A stretch of 64,000 nt of DNA from assembly GCF_021028975.2 (NCBI RefSeq), contig NC_059431.1:94612001-94676000 (forward strand). Reading direction: 5' to 3'. The stretch is from Sphaerodactylus townsendi (Eukaryota). A program made the position numbers and the translations under genes. Below, piece after piece: positions 1 to 12,334 of the stretch; position 1 is the stretch's first letter, and every line of letters starts with the position of its first letter. Below the pieces are notes generated by a model that made no database searches, was not told the DNA's origin, and worked only from the letters and a program-made list of their open reading frames with translations.

Positions 1-761
1 TCTTCAGAGGATCTGATAGTAGGAATGGAAAGCAAGTGGAGTATATATACTGTGAGGTCAAACTGTGAGTATTACACTTTGACCAAACTGCACTTTAAAA
101 ACACACATTTCCCTGCAGTTCATCAAAGGCATTCTGAGGGTTAGATGATCAAGCAGTTCCCTGTAGGAACTGTGGTCTTTTTTTAAAAAAAGTCTGTGGG
201 ATGAATTCCCACAGGACCTTAACATTGTACTTTCCTTTTAATCTTCCTTAAGGTGTATGTTGTTTGATAATGCCTCTCTAAATACCTTTAAATGTATTTC
301 AATATTTATGGTTTCCCATTTATCTATAGGTTTGTCCAAATGGTGGAAATAATGCCATCAGTCCATTAAAGACCGTCTTTATTCATGTACCAGTATACGG
401 GAACTATTACCGTGAAAATTGCTCAAATATATTATCACTTTGATGTGTATTGATTGTCGTTCTATCGAAGCCTAAAAATATTATTGACGTAAATAAAAGG
501 GCTAGTTTGTGCTCGCCTGTCTCATGGGAGAAGTCTTGCTGAAATCAAGCCCATTTGGCAGGGCCCTCACTTCATGAAAAACTCTTATTATCTTTAGGAA
601 ATGGGGATGTATTTTTAATTCCTTAATGATTCTAGGAGCTTCTCATACTTACCCTTTACACAGTCTTGCCAAATGGACTTACGTAACCAGTCACAAGTAA
701 CCAGCTCAAAGTGAATTTTTGGTGAAGGCCAAATGTGTATCATAATAGGCATAATCCTAGC

Positions 762-976
762 TAGGGTTGCCAACTTCCAGGGGAGGCCTGGAGATCTCCC
801 AGAATTAAAGCTGATCTCCAGACTACAGAGATCACCCCCTCCCCAAAGGAAATGGCAGCTTTGGTAGGTGAACTCTATGGCATTATATCCAGCTGAGGTC
901 CCTCCCCAAATCTTGCCATACCCAGGCTCCACCCCCGATTCTCCAGGAATGTCCAACCCCAATGTTGGCAACCTTA
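762..976. mobile_element. hAT-type MITE with TAGGGTTGCCAAC termini
   Basis: TIRs TAGGGTTGCCAAC / GTTGGCAACCTTA; 8-bp TSD ATCCTAGC/ATCCCAGC. Further copies near 8670-9125, 15880-16087, 39405-39610, 49420-49500 and 52760-52885. Confidence 0.75.
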
Positions 977-1348
977 ATCCCAGCAGATGAGAAAGTCCTC
1001 ATGGTAGCTCATTTCAGTACATTTTTCTACAATAACAGATGTTCTGAATAAACTGTTTTAGTTGAAAAAAGTACATAACTTTTGTTGTTAATCCTCCACT
1101 CCACCATTTTATTCTCCCAACAACATGGTAGGGTCGGCTTAGTTGTTTATTATTTAGTACGTTTTTATCTCCCCTTTCCTCTAGGGAGGTCAGAGCAGTG
1201 TACACCATTCTCTTGTCCTCGATAACATCCTCAGAAAACCTCTATGTGGCTGAGAAGAGTGACCAGCCCAACAGTATCCAGTGAGCCTAGTGGCAGAGTA
1301 GGGTTTGAACCTGGGTCTTTCAATAGTGTAGTTCTGTAACCACTACAC

Positions 1349-1483
1349 CAGGGGTCTTCAAACTATGGCCCTCCAGATGTTCATAGACTACAATTCCCAT
1401 GAGCCCTACTTGGCCATGCTGGCAAGGGCTGGTGGGAATTGTAGTTCATGAACATCTGGAGGGCCATAGTTTGAAGAGCCCTG
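1349..1483. mobile_element. Palindromic hAT (Charlie/Buster-type) MITE inserted in a SINE head
   Basis: CAGGGG...CCCTG near-palindrome; exact 8-bp TSD CACTACAC; internal ACTACAATTCCCA. Confidence 0.9.
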
Positions 1484-2138
1484 CACTACACCATGCCAGC
1501 TGTCAAGGGTAGGCTGAAAGATAATCAGTGCCTCAAGGTCACCCAATCAACTTCCAATTTAAATAGGAATTTGAACTTAATTTGACACCCTAACCAGTGC
1601 TTCATCCTGGGCTGTAAAGAGCGACTGTCTTGCCTTCTAGAAATTCACCCTTTATAATCAGTGAGTATAATCAGCCCAGCAAAAGTGGGAGTAGGAGCTA
1701 TGACCATAAATATACAAGACTGGTCAGAGAAGAATGGACGGAATTCAGGTAATACAGACACTTCTTCTGTACAGGAATGCATATGTTTTGGGGCCAACAG
1801 CTACAGCTTTCCTGGGTGTAGCTTCTTGAGCCATTCAGCATCTCAATGGGAAACCAGACTCCTTTTTAGAGTAAATTGGCTTTTGCCTTGCTCCACTCTT
1901 TCCCACTGATCAGTCACTTTTTTCCCCGGCCCCATACAATCATCCTCTTCTTGTTAACAGATGTTGGCAACTGCATGGAGCTCAGCTATGCCTCTTCTTA
2001 CTTAGACCCAGCCTGCCTTGCTTTTGTGATTCTAAAAATAAATGTTTCTTGCAGCCCCTGGTCCATTATCCTCTGTTTTGTCTCTCTCTTTCTGGTCTGT
2101 TTTTTAGGGAACTGGCCTCAGCTAGTTTCTTTAACTGA

Positions 2139-2279
2139 AACCCCTTCCGCACACGCAAAATAATGCATTTTCAAACCACTTTCACAACTGTTTGCAAGTG
2201 GATTTTGCCATTCTGCACAGCTTCAAAGAGCACTGAAAGCAGTTTGAAAGTGCATTATTCTGCATGTGCGGAATGAGCC
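2139..2279. mobile_element. PIF/Harbinger-type MITE
   Basis: Imperfect TIRs (TTCCGCACACGCAAAATAATGCA / TGCATTATTCTGCATGTGCGGAA); 3-bp TSD TGA. Confidence 0.75.
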
Positions 2280-4494
2280 TGAGTGAGCCCAGTGAGTGAG
2301 CCCTTTATCATAAGTTCTTTTTTTTAATGAAATGATTTTAAAGCAAAATTTATTATTTTTTCGTAAAATGTCGTAACAACAAAAGAAAAGAAATATCAGA
2401 AAACAAAAATAATAGTATAGGAAAAAAGCAAAACTGTGAAAGAGGGTAAAGAAAAAAACAAAGGAAAAATTTGAGGGCAGATTCTGAAGCCAAAGGCCAC
2501 TCACACTTACTGATTCTAGGTATTTTGAAACTAGTGGGTCTGAGGAAGCCCTATCTAATTCACCTGTCAGATTGAAAGTCTCCAGAACTTCTGAAGAGGC
2601 TGTAGTCAGTCGCAGTCTGCAGTCTGCCATAATGCTAGAAAATACCCCTTTCAGTAAAGGTTTGCGGGGAGCTTCTGAAAGTTCATACCAGTCAAATGGT
2701 CATGTTCCCAGGAAGTCAATATGAAATTATTTTTAATCTGTGGTATGCCAACTTCCCTTAGCACAGTGAAAGTTTGGTTTTCAAATAGACACCTAGTTGG
2801 ATGAAAAGTAATCAGTGGCCAATGCCCATCAAAAATGGTTGTCTCCAAGTACCATTCATCTGAAGATCAGCAGACTCTTCCGGGTTTCGATTTCGCCATT
2901 GGTCTTGGGGTTAGCATGACAAAAAACCACTTAAACAATTAACCGTTCATCCTGCCAAACGAGCGAAAACCTGCTTAGCGCCTAAACGCTTAAACGTTCA
3001 TCCTTGCAAACGAGCAAACCTCAGGTTAGCAAGTCGCAGGGAAAAATTTCCCTCCCCAAAAAGGTCCCGCCCCAACACGGCACACCAGCCAATCAGGAGA
3101 GACCCGCAAAGGAGATTGCGTGGTAGTGGGGATTGCTACATTTCTGGGATCCAAGATAGGCCTACATGTCTTCGCTGCGGTGGGGAGGTTGAAACCTGGA
3201 TTAAAAGGTGCAGTTTCTTTGCAAACTTGGTTTGATCTAGATAGAATTTCCCCGTGGGGAATCGACCTCTGGCTAATATTTGGATGAGCGCCCTCCAAGA
3301 AATACTGGGGACATGACACTGCGGCAGGCAATAGTAAACCATCTCTGAATGCTTCAGGGTCACCATAAGACAGCTGTAACTTGATGGCACTTCACACACA
3401 TACACTAAAAAAAAGAGCCATACTTGGCTGTTAGATATATGACAAAATTCATTTTCCTACTTTCTGCTGGGTATTGGGTGCTATTTGGGTTTTTCAGCTC
3501 AGTCCTCTTTTTCCAGCAGTCTTTTTTTAAAAAAATTTTTTGGCTTTCATTCTCCTCATGGGCACAAATTATCAAATGAAAACACTTTCCATTAGCCAAT
3601 CTGTCATTAACACCCTGCCAGCACTGTTTGCCAGCTTGGTTCTCCAGATTTTCCTTTTCAGTTGTGCTAAGTATTATGTCGAGGGAATTCATATTCAGGG
3701 AAAAGAAGGGCAAGAGATGAACAGTGGTGACAAAGTTATTCATTCTTCCAGTCCTGTGTGGCAAGCAAGGATTGTCTTTTGCAGAAGAGAGGGAAATGTG
3801 AAGTGGCAAACTCCCAGCAGGGTACCTCCTGAGAGGGATAAAAGGGAGGCAGGGCAAGAGGGAATTGGTTGGTGTGGTCGGGCTCAAACTCGCAGGAGTG
3901 CTATTAACTACTTGTACAAGTAAAGAGCTTGTGAACTGAAGCCGGAGTCATGTCCTGTTCATTCCAAAATGGTGGCTGAGCTCCTATGAGCCAAGGTGGC
4001 TCACCCAGCAGGGGTGGCTGGCAAAGGTGGTGTTCACATTCTCTATAGAAGTTTCTACTTCAAAAAAAAAAAACCAACCTCCTCTGAACTTTAATTAATT
4101 CATGTTTTTAAAATAAAGTGGTTGAATACAGGCACACTTCCATAGAATTGAATCAAGTGGAAGAAGATCTTCCTTTTCCTTCTTTTCTCCATTCTCATCA
4201 GCTCCAAAAATCCCTAGGACTGGGAAACACAGACAAACACAACAGAGAAAATGGGAAATTGGGCAAAATCCCCCTCCCACTTCCACTGGTGGTAAAGCAA
4301 GTTTATAACCAGTAGATGAAGGTATGGGATATAATTTCATACATCCACCCCATGTCCTATGGCATATTTAGCTTTTGAAGCTGTACCCTTCATCTTGTTT
4401 GAAGGGGGTACAAAGGGGGGGAGGGAGATGAGTGGTTAGTAAAGGTGGAGCAGATCTGATTCACCAACTTCCTCCATGAGCATTTCTGCTAGAT

Positions 4495-4899
4495 CAGTGA
4501 TGGCAAACCTATGGCATGGGTCCCCCCCCCCACACACACACACACCTAGGCTGGCCTGGGCCTGTGTGTGCGCACCGCAGTGAGCAGGGAGGACTTGGCT
4601 GGCGAGCCTGGTGCCTGTGCTCCGGGTAGCTGCTGCCCAACGGGGGGGGGGGGGGCGGCGGCAGCAGAGGAGGCAGAGATGCTAGAGAGGCACAGAGCGG
4701 TGCGCGCAGGACTTGCTGGAGGGTACAGCAGGCTGGCCCCTGCTCGAGCGGGTGGGGTGGAGGAAGAGGGAGCCAACCGGTTTTTCTAAACTAAAACCTC
4801 ATCATTCAGGTTAAATTGCTGGGTTGGCACTTTGTGATAAATAAGTGGGATTTGGGTTGCAATTTGGGCACTCGGTCTCAAAAAGGTTTGCCATCACTG
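4495..4899 (+). mobile_element. Non-autonomous hAT element (CAGTGATGGC[A/G]AACCT TIR)
   Basis: TIRs CAGTGATGGCAAACCT / AGGTTTGCCATCACTG; exact TSD TGCTAGAT; similar to 40184-40646. Confidence 0.92.
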
Positions 4900-6518
4900 T
4901 GCTAGATCCACTCTCTGATGGTTATCTTTTTTCTTCTACTACTTATACTTAAGCTAACCACTGTCTTTGAAACTTCACTGTTCCCTTTAAAAAGTGCATA
5001 AATATACTCACAGTTGTGTGTGTGTATAGAGAGAGAGCATATACCTCTGAGAGGTGAAACATGGGTGATATTTTGATGTGGACTATTGTTTTATCGATAT
5101 TGTTGATCTTTTGTTATTTTTATATATTGCAGTACTTTTAGCATTTGTTATTTTCATTGTGAGCCCCTCAGGTGTTTGAACAGAAAGGCAACAAATAAAT
5201 AAATCTCAGTTCTGCTCATGGTATAGATATTCTTCCCACTCATTTCTAGAGTGGTCAATTTCCAAGTGGAGCACGGAGTTCTCCTGTAATTACAGATGAT
5301 ACCCAGACTATAGATTTCAGTGAACAGCAGCTTCAGAGGATGCACTTCATGGTATACTATAGAAACTAAGAGAAACGTAAGTCCTAGAGTGACATCACAA
5401 CCCGGCTGACCTTCCTCTCTTCCCCAAACTCTGTCTTCTTGATGCGCTGCCCCAAATTCCCAGAATATCCCTTAAAAAAAAAATCCTGCAAAAAGCAGCC
5501 ATCGAACTCTTTTGAAATTGCTAGTGCCATCGGCTGGATATCTGGGGGAACAGCAGGATGTATTTTGGAAAAGCAAACCTGAAGTAAACAGTATAGACCA
5601 AAACAATAGACAGCTTTGAGAGCTTTGGAAGAGAACTGCTTGTGGAACTGAGGTCACTGAATTGGACAAAATGCAGTATTGATGCCTCCTTTCTATTCCT
5701 GGATGCCCCGGAGCTGTGTAAAGTAAGCTGACATCTCTCTCAGGGATATCACCTTTAAAACTTCATGTGCTTTCTGTGACTTCCTCTGCCTCTATGCATT
5801 CCCAATAGCATAAGACTGACAATTGGTCCTCTGTGGGGTTTGTTGTATGGATGCTGATTGCTTGGCTATGAAGCAAGGAAGACTCGCACCTTAACCATTC
5901 TTCTGCAGCAGCAAGGCAGGAATCACTTGAGAACCACAGATCTCATTAGACAAGGCCCTCTTTCCTCATTGGCTGAAAATGGGACAGATGCCACATTAGT
6001 GACATGTCTAAGGGCCCCATGCAGCTCTCAAGCCACTCAGCACTGCTGCTCTAGTATTTCTGTCTCCATTCCCGATCATACCCTCTGCTTTCAAATCCTG
6101 CTCCCAACCTCAAAGCTGTCTCTAACTGGGGGTGTTCAAGTCAGTAGTCATGGACTTCGGCCCCTCCTAAGGGACAACCTGTCCCATTTTTCATGTGTTT
6201 TTGAGCCCCAGCACAGCAGGTAAGTTATCTCACACAGTCACCCTGCCGTCATAAGAACAGGAGGAAACATACAATTATGGATGTATAATGGTCTATTCAG
6301 CCCAAAATGCATGCTAACTGGGATTATTATGGTTGACAGAGGCCAGTAGATGTATCCTGCAAGGGCCAGTACTCTATGGTATATGTGTTGTACAGGTTAA
6401 GGCTGGGTCAGAGATACTCGATCGCTTCATTTGGAGCGCCTCTCAAATCCTCAACGATGCCACCACAGGAATCAAATAACAAATAGCAGTGAATCTATGG
6501 AGATGATTTGCATGAATC

Positions 6519-6743
6519 TGGTGTAGTGGTTAAGAGGTCAGACTAGTACCTGGCAGACCCAGATTTGAATCCACATACATGCCATGAAAACTTGCTGAGT
6601 GACCTTAGGTAAGTCACACTCTCTCAGATTAACCTGCCTCACAGGTTGGTTGTGAGGTAAAACTGTGAAGCGGAGAATGATGTATGCCACCTTGGGCCCC
6701 TATTGGGGTGAAAGGCGGTTTTTAAATGAAATAAATGAATAAA
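6519..6743 (+). mobile_element. tRNA-derived SINE (Squam3-type, older)
   Basis: TGGTGTAGTGGTTAAGAG head, GGTGACCTT..CTCTCAG..CCTCACAGG core, AATAAAT tail. More decayed copies near 1147-1500 (minus), 13105-13295, 14490-14716 and 38890-39040. Confidence 0.75.
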
Positions 6744-8232
6744 AATGCTACCCCCACTCTTGTGAAAGTGGCCCTCCACCAAAAGAACTGCTTCACATAC
6801 ATCCCTGTGCCCCAGAGTCACTTTGGCTAGGCTGGATTCTGTCTGGATCAGCTTTAAAATCCTTCTTCCAGAAGACCTCTTGGTCAGACTTTCAGTCCAT
6901 CCCCCACCTCTCAGCTGAGGGAGAGAGCAGTGGAGCCGTCAGTGTGGATCAATCATCTGGAGGCACCATAAGAACTGCCCCCACTGTGTGAGATCTAAGC
7001 AAGCAGCTACCATTATGTATGCAGTCATGGTGGCCCTTTTTTGAGCTGCCACAATGGAGTGAATGACAGCAGCCTGCAGCTGCCCCCTGCATGGAGACAC
7101 CAGTGTGTTGCATCCATGCCACTCTACCATGTTGCCCCACGCATGGATGTGTTGCATCCATGCCACTCTACCCACTGGCATCCTCAGGAGTGCTGGGTAC
7201 ACTAGCTGCATGAGCCAACCCACTGCAATAAAGTAATGCTGCTATCCCTGACCTGGATAGCCCAGGCTAGCTAAGAAGGTCAACCCTGACAAGTGTTTGG
7301 AGGAGAGACCTCCAAAGAATACCGGGGTCTTAATATGGAGGCAGGCAATGGCAAATCAACTCTGAACATTTCTTGCCTTGAAAACCTGACCAGGGTTCTA
7401 TATAAGTCAGATAGAATGTAACAGCAACAAAACAAAACAAAACTGCATAAGGAGTAAACAGTGGAGTTAACCCTTCTAAGTCCATTCTTAGAATGGTGCA
7501 ACTTTGCTACAAATTGTGTATTAAGCATCTGTTTCTGATACAAACTGATTTCTGCAATGGCACAATCCATTGTGCAACGTTTGCAGAGAAATTCCACGGC
7601 ATCTTACTCTTTCCTCCGGTAAGCAATTTGTACTCAGCTGTCACAAATCCCCTCCCAAAGGTATCAGGATGTTAACTACCATCTGTGCACAGACACAACA
7701 GATTAGTCCTGATTAAGCAAAGGTGATGTTTCAGAACAGCGCACTGGGATTCACTTGAATGAGTCTCACTGATGTTCGAGGAAACTACTGCATGGCTGTG
7801 TTTCCCTGGTGAGGCCGTGTCTCTGATGGGGCTTCCCTTCAGCATAGCCACTGGAGCCCCACCGCAAAGTTGCAAGGCTGGCTACAGTCAGCAGAAGGAG
7901 CCAGTCACCAGAAATAACACGTGGACTTAGATAAATGAGCTGAATTGAATGAATCCGAAGAAACACAGCTGAGCACGTCGAGAAGGGTGATCCCTAGCAT
8001 TTAAAATATGCATATAAATCTATTTTTAGCTTTAATTAGAACATAAGTATCCTTCTCCCTTTCCATACCAAAGCTGTTCATTGTTTGGCACATTCACCTT
8101 CTGATTAACTCCTTGAAAGAGTATTGGAATCCAGTCCTTGGAAGGAATATCTGGAATGCAAGGATGCATTTAAGGACTGAAGAAAACAGGACTGGAGAAA
8201 AAATGGCCTGCCTCTTTACTAGAGATTTAATG

Positions 8233-8375
8233 CAGAGGCGTAGCTCCAAGGGGACGGGGGGGCGTGATGCACTGGGCACACAGCCCTGTGGGAATATGGT
8301 GGGGGCATTCTGGGGCGGGGCAGGGCGGAGGATGCACTGGTGCACCAGGCACTTTCCCCCCTTGCTACGCCTCTG
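8233..8375. mobile_element. hAT-type MITE
   Basis: TIR CAGAGGCGTAGC / GCTACGCCTCTG; TSD ATTTAATG/GTTTAATG. Confidence 0.85.
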
Positions 8376-11300
8376 GTTTAATGCATGGTTTATAACATGT
8401 ACTAAAAATGAACCGTACCGACATGATAAAATCAAATGCATTTTAGTCTGAAAATCTTCATCAGTGATATTTCTGCATTTTATGCAAATCTCTAAACACA
8501 AAATTAAACACACATGCCCAAATCTTCAGTGCAGAGGTCATGCAGCAGCAATGGAAGGAACAAGGCAAACTGTCACCAGATGGATGCAGCGTAGTTCATA
8601 GTTTAAAAAACAGGCCAAGGTATTGACATAGCATCATTGATAGGCTATTCTTCTCTAAAAAGCTATATGTTAGGGCTATCAACTCTGGGTTGGGAATTAC
8701 CTGGAGATTTTGGGGATAGTTCCTGTGGAGGGTGGAGTTTGGGAGGAGAGGAAGAAGACGAGTGAATTTATACCACCCCCACCCCCATTTCTCTCCTGTA
8801 TGGAAACTTTAAAAGGTTTACAAACTCCTTTCCCTTCCTCTTCCCACGGCAGACACGTTGTGGGGTAGGTGGTGCTGAGAGAATTCTGAAGACCTGTGAC
8901 TAGCCCAAGATCACCCAGCAGGAATGTAGGAGTAGGGAAACAAATCTGGTTCACCAGATAAGAGCACCACTCATGTGGAAGAGTGGGAAATCAAACCCGG
9001 TTCTGCTCTTAACCACTACTGCTGCAAAGTTAATGCTATAGAGTCCACCCTCCAAAGTATCCATTTTCTCCAGGGGGGCAGATGTCATTTGGAATTCAGT
9101 TGTAATTCCAGGAGATCTCTGGACCCCTGCTATGTATCAGACTGCAACTATTGATAAGAGTACCTGCTTGTGAGATGCCATTGTTCAATATGAAACATCT
9201 ACCTGTGGGGTTCTCTGATGGCTTATTCACAAACAAATGCCACCATTTGATGCTGTAGTGATGAAGTGATAAAGACACTTGTGTGAACCAGGCACGTAGC
9301 AGATTCTGACTGCTTGACTTGATGCCATTGGAAAGAATGGCACCTGAGGCTCATGAAGCTTCTATCTGTGCAGGACCTTGATGATGTCTCTGGCACAGAT
9401 GTAACCTATAGCTTAGAAGTGTTGTGATTTCTCTTTCCTTTAACTTTTCATTTGGCTCATGGATAGTATTACAGTATATAATGGGTTAAGAAAAATAAAG
9501 TGTGAGTGAGTGGGTGAATGGGTACTGTGCGCACTACAAGTGCATGTCAGAATGGGAGACCTCTTTCTCTGTGGACTCTATTTCTTATCAAAATCAGTCC
9601 TTCCAAGCAGATTTTCACCCTACTGGGGAGAAGAGATGGTACACATATCTTTATAAATACCAGGCAAAAAGTATCTGAAAGGGAACAATGTTTTAGCCCC
9701 ATTGGGATGAGATATGTTCCCAGATGAACTTTTGCTCCAGACTGTAGCTTCCAACAGCAGCATTTGATTTATTTATTTTTAAAAAAAACAACCTCAGGGA
9801 AAACATTTGTGCTGCTGAAGATTGCAATCAGTTTGACCCTAGGAAGATATCTAGGAAGATATCTTTAAAATACCACCCTATGTACTAGGTCACGCAGCTT
9901 TTCAAAGTCCTGGAGGAGTTTTAAATATTAATAACAAATTAGAAGGCAAAACATAGATGTGTCCTGCCATCTTGTGGGTGACTGATAGAACACGGTTGAG
10001 GGCCCTCACTGAGTATTGCATACCCATTCAGTTATGATAAAAGAGTAAAATTCTCAAAAACAAAATCAGTTAGTGCTGATGGTAGAATCTTGTAGCTCAG
10101 ACATATACTTGTAGCTCAGTGTGTTTCTGTCCAGACTTAAGAATGCAAACATGTTCTCATTGAGTTAGAAAAATATTACCAGCATTCTTGTTATAATGCC
10201 TGTTCTGAAAAAAAGAGCCAATATAATTAATATTTATTATTTGTATATTTTTATTCCCTGTTTTCAGATGGTCATGATAAAATGTGTCAGATTATATAAA
10301 ATACCTAGATACTCCTTTTCCAATCCAGTCTGGTTCAATTGGATAAATAGTACACACTCCATATACCAGAAAAATAACAATAGGCATTGTGACTGGAAAA
10401 AATGTTCATAGCCATTTCTGTTTTGTTATCAGATGTCATGTCCTAGTTTTTCAACAGGATCCAGTAGAGATTATTTGACCTGAATATTATTTTCATTTGT
10501 CCCTTCTGGGTGTACCATTCTCTGACTCTTTACAATAATTATTCCCATATAGTATATTTTTTCCAATGTTATGTCTGAGTTAATATATCATTATACATCA
10601 TGCATATATTATGACGTAGGTGCATGAATGCTCATAAAATATTCTAAGTGTACCTGTAAAAACATTGCAATTTATGAAGTGACCTTCAAATTGTCTAACA
10701 GAAGGTGAGCAAGAGATGGCAAGAAGAATCCTAAATCATGAAGTCTGTTCTCTCTCCCCCCTGCACCCCCCCCCCCACACACACTCTCTTTTTAAAGATT
10801 TTGGTTCTCACTGGCTCTCTGCAGGGTTTCCTTATGCCCTGATTTTAAAAGGTCCCTGTTTTCCTGATTGCTTTCAGATCTCTTGTGAATTGCTTTGACT
10901 TCTGATAGGGTTTTCCTCTACCTGGCTTTTTGGTTCTTTTCTCTTAACTGAATGATTTAAGTTCCTGCTGTTCGCAGGCTTTCAGTCAGCCTGTCCCCAT
11001 TTCTTTCTCTAAAGTATCTTTGGTTCACCTTTTCTTTGAACTCAGAAACTTGTTCACATTCTTGGCACTCCAGAGAAAGAAAGAGAGAGCATATAGCTGC
11101 TTTTGCCTCAGCACTCCCAGAGGATCTGGTTTCCTTGCCTAGAAAGAACACTGTTTCTAAAGTATTTGATTCATTTAATATCCTCTTAGGCATCCCATTC
11201 CAAATGAGGGGGAAGTACGTGGCAGGTGGGGATGGCATTCATTGGCATGGCTGCCAGCAAACAAAGGAAAGCCCCTGCCAGTCATGAAAAGTCTCATTCG

Positions 11301-12083
11301 GGTCAAAGGCCAAAAGGAAGCTGATTAAAGGCGGCTCCACCCTCAGGAACGCCTCCAGAATGTCCCCATTTCGGCATTGCTTCTTGCAATAGAGGACCAG
11401 TGGAATAGGGACACACTTCTGGATTCCACCATAGAACCACACGGTATCCCACTGCCAATGTCACTGCCACTCTGTCAGTGTCTATGTCCATTTGGGTGGC
11501 ACAAGTGGCAATGATGCTGACACAGGGGTCATGCTGCTTCTAGTGCAGCTTCAGACCCTCCCTCCTTTGGACTGCACAGTTAAACATTTATAAAACACCT
11601 GCTCTATATCTAGCACCAACTCAGTGGAATTAGTAGTAGCATTTATTTTCTCTGCCTTTATTTCTTATATTCCTTGGGAATTCCTTTCTTGGCATCAAAG
11701 TTATTCTCAGAGCATTCATATGTAGTGATTTATTTTCCCAGTTTTCTTAGGCCAATAAATTCTTTTAGATATATTGTTATACTTTTAATATGTATTTTTA
11801 ATCCTTTTGTGTACCTTATACTGGTCTATGACCATAATGGTTCCGGTTTTTATTTTTTATTCTTATTATTGCGAATCAGTTTTTATGGTATGTTTTTGTT
11901 TTATCATTGTTGTTCACCACCCTGAGCCCCTAGGGGAAGGGCGGTTTCAAAATCAAATAAAAAATAATAATAAAAATAATAATGAAGATTGATTGATTGA
12001 TAGTGATTTATACTTATATTTATTCAAATATTTCTACTCCACTTTTGTTCCCAGTTGACACCCAAAGCAGTTTACCTTATAAT

Positions 12084-12334
12084 GGTCGAATCACCACTAC
12101 CGTCTTAGCCAGGTTTCAGAACACAAACTAACCAGGTTTGAGGGACGACCTCCCCGGTCGAATCCCCACTACCGTCTTAGCCAGGTTTCAGAACACAAAC
12201 TAACCAGGTTTGAGGTCGTTTGTGTTCTGAAACCTGGCTAAGACGGTAGTGGGGATTCGACCGGGGAGGTCGTCCCTCAAACCTGGTTAGTTTGTGTTCT
12301 GAAACCTGGCTAAGACGGTAGTGGGGATTCGACC
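12084..12334. repeat. 251-bp foldback element: 117-bp inverted arms built from a 72-bp tandem unit
   Basis: 12084-12200 is the reverse complement of 12218-12334 with one mismatch; 17-nt loop; the unit GGTCGAAT...CTCCCC starts at 12084 and again at 12156. Confidence 0.92.

Noticed and set aside
3405-3923. Overlapping 160-aa (-) and 127-aa (+) ORFs
   Set aside because: No recognisable domain and no supporting exon chain.
9191-9427. Frame whose stops are all TGA (…TI*CCSDEVIKTLV*TRHVADSDCLT*CHWKEWHLRLMKLL…), suggesting a selenoprotein or CpG-decayed pseudogene; similar impressions at 5524-5722 and 7726-7990
   Set aside because: Stop density is about what random sequence gives, TGA is common in such DNA, and I recognise no protein family, SECIS element or consistent splice chain. 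A tBLASTx search against vertebrate genomes would settle it.
12084-12334. Possible CRISPR-like repeat array
   Set aside because: No unique spacers, inverted architecture, vertebrate context and no cas genes.
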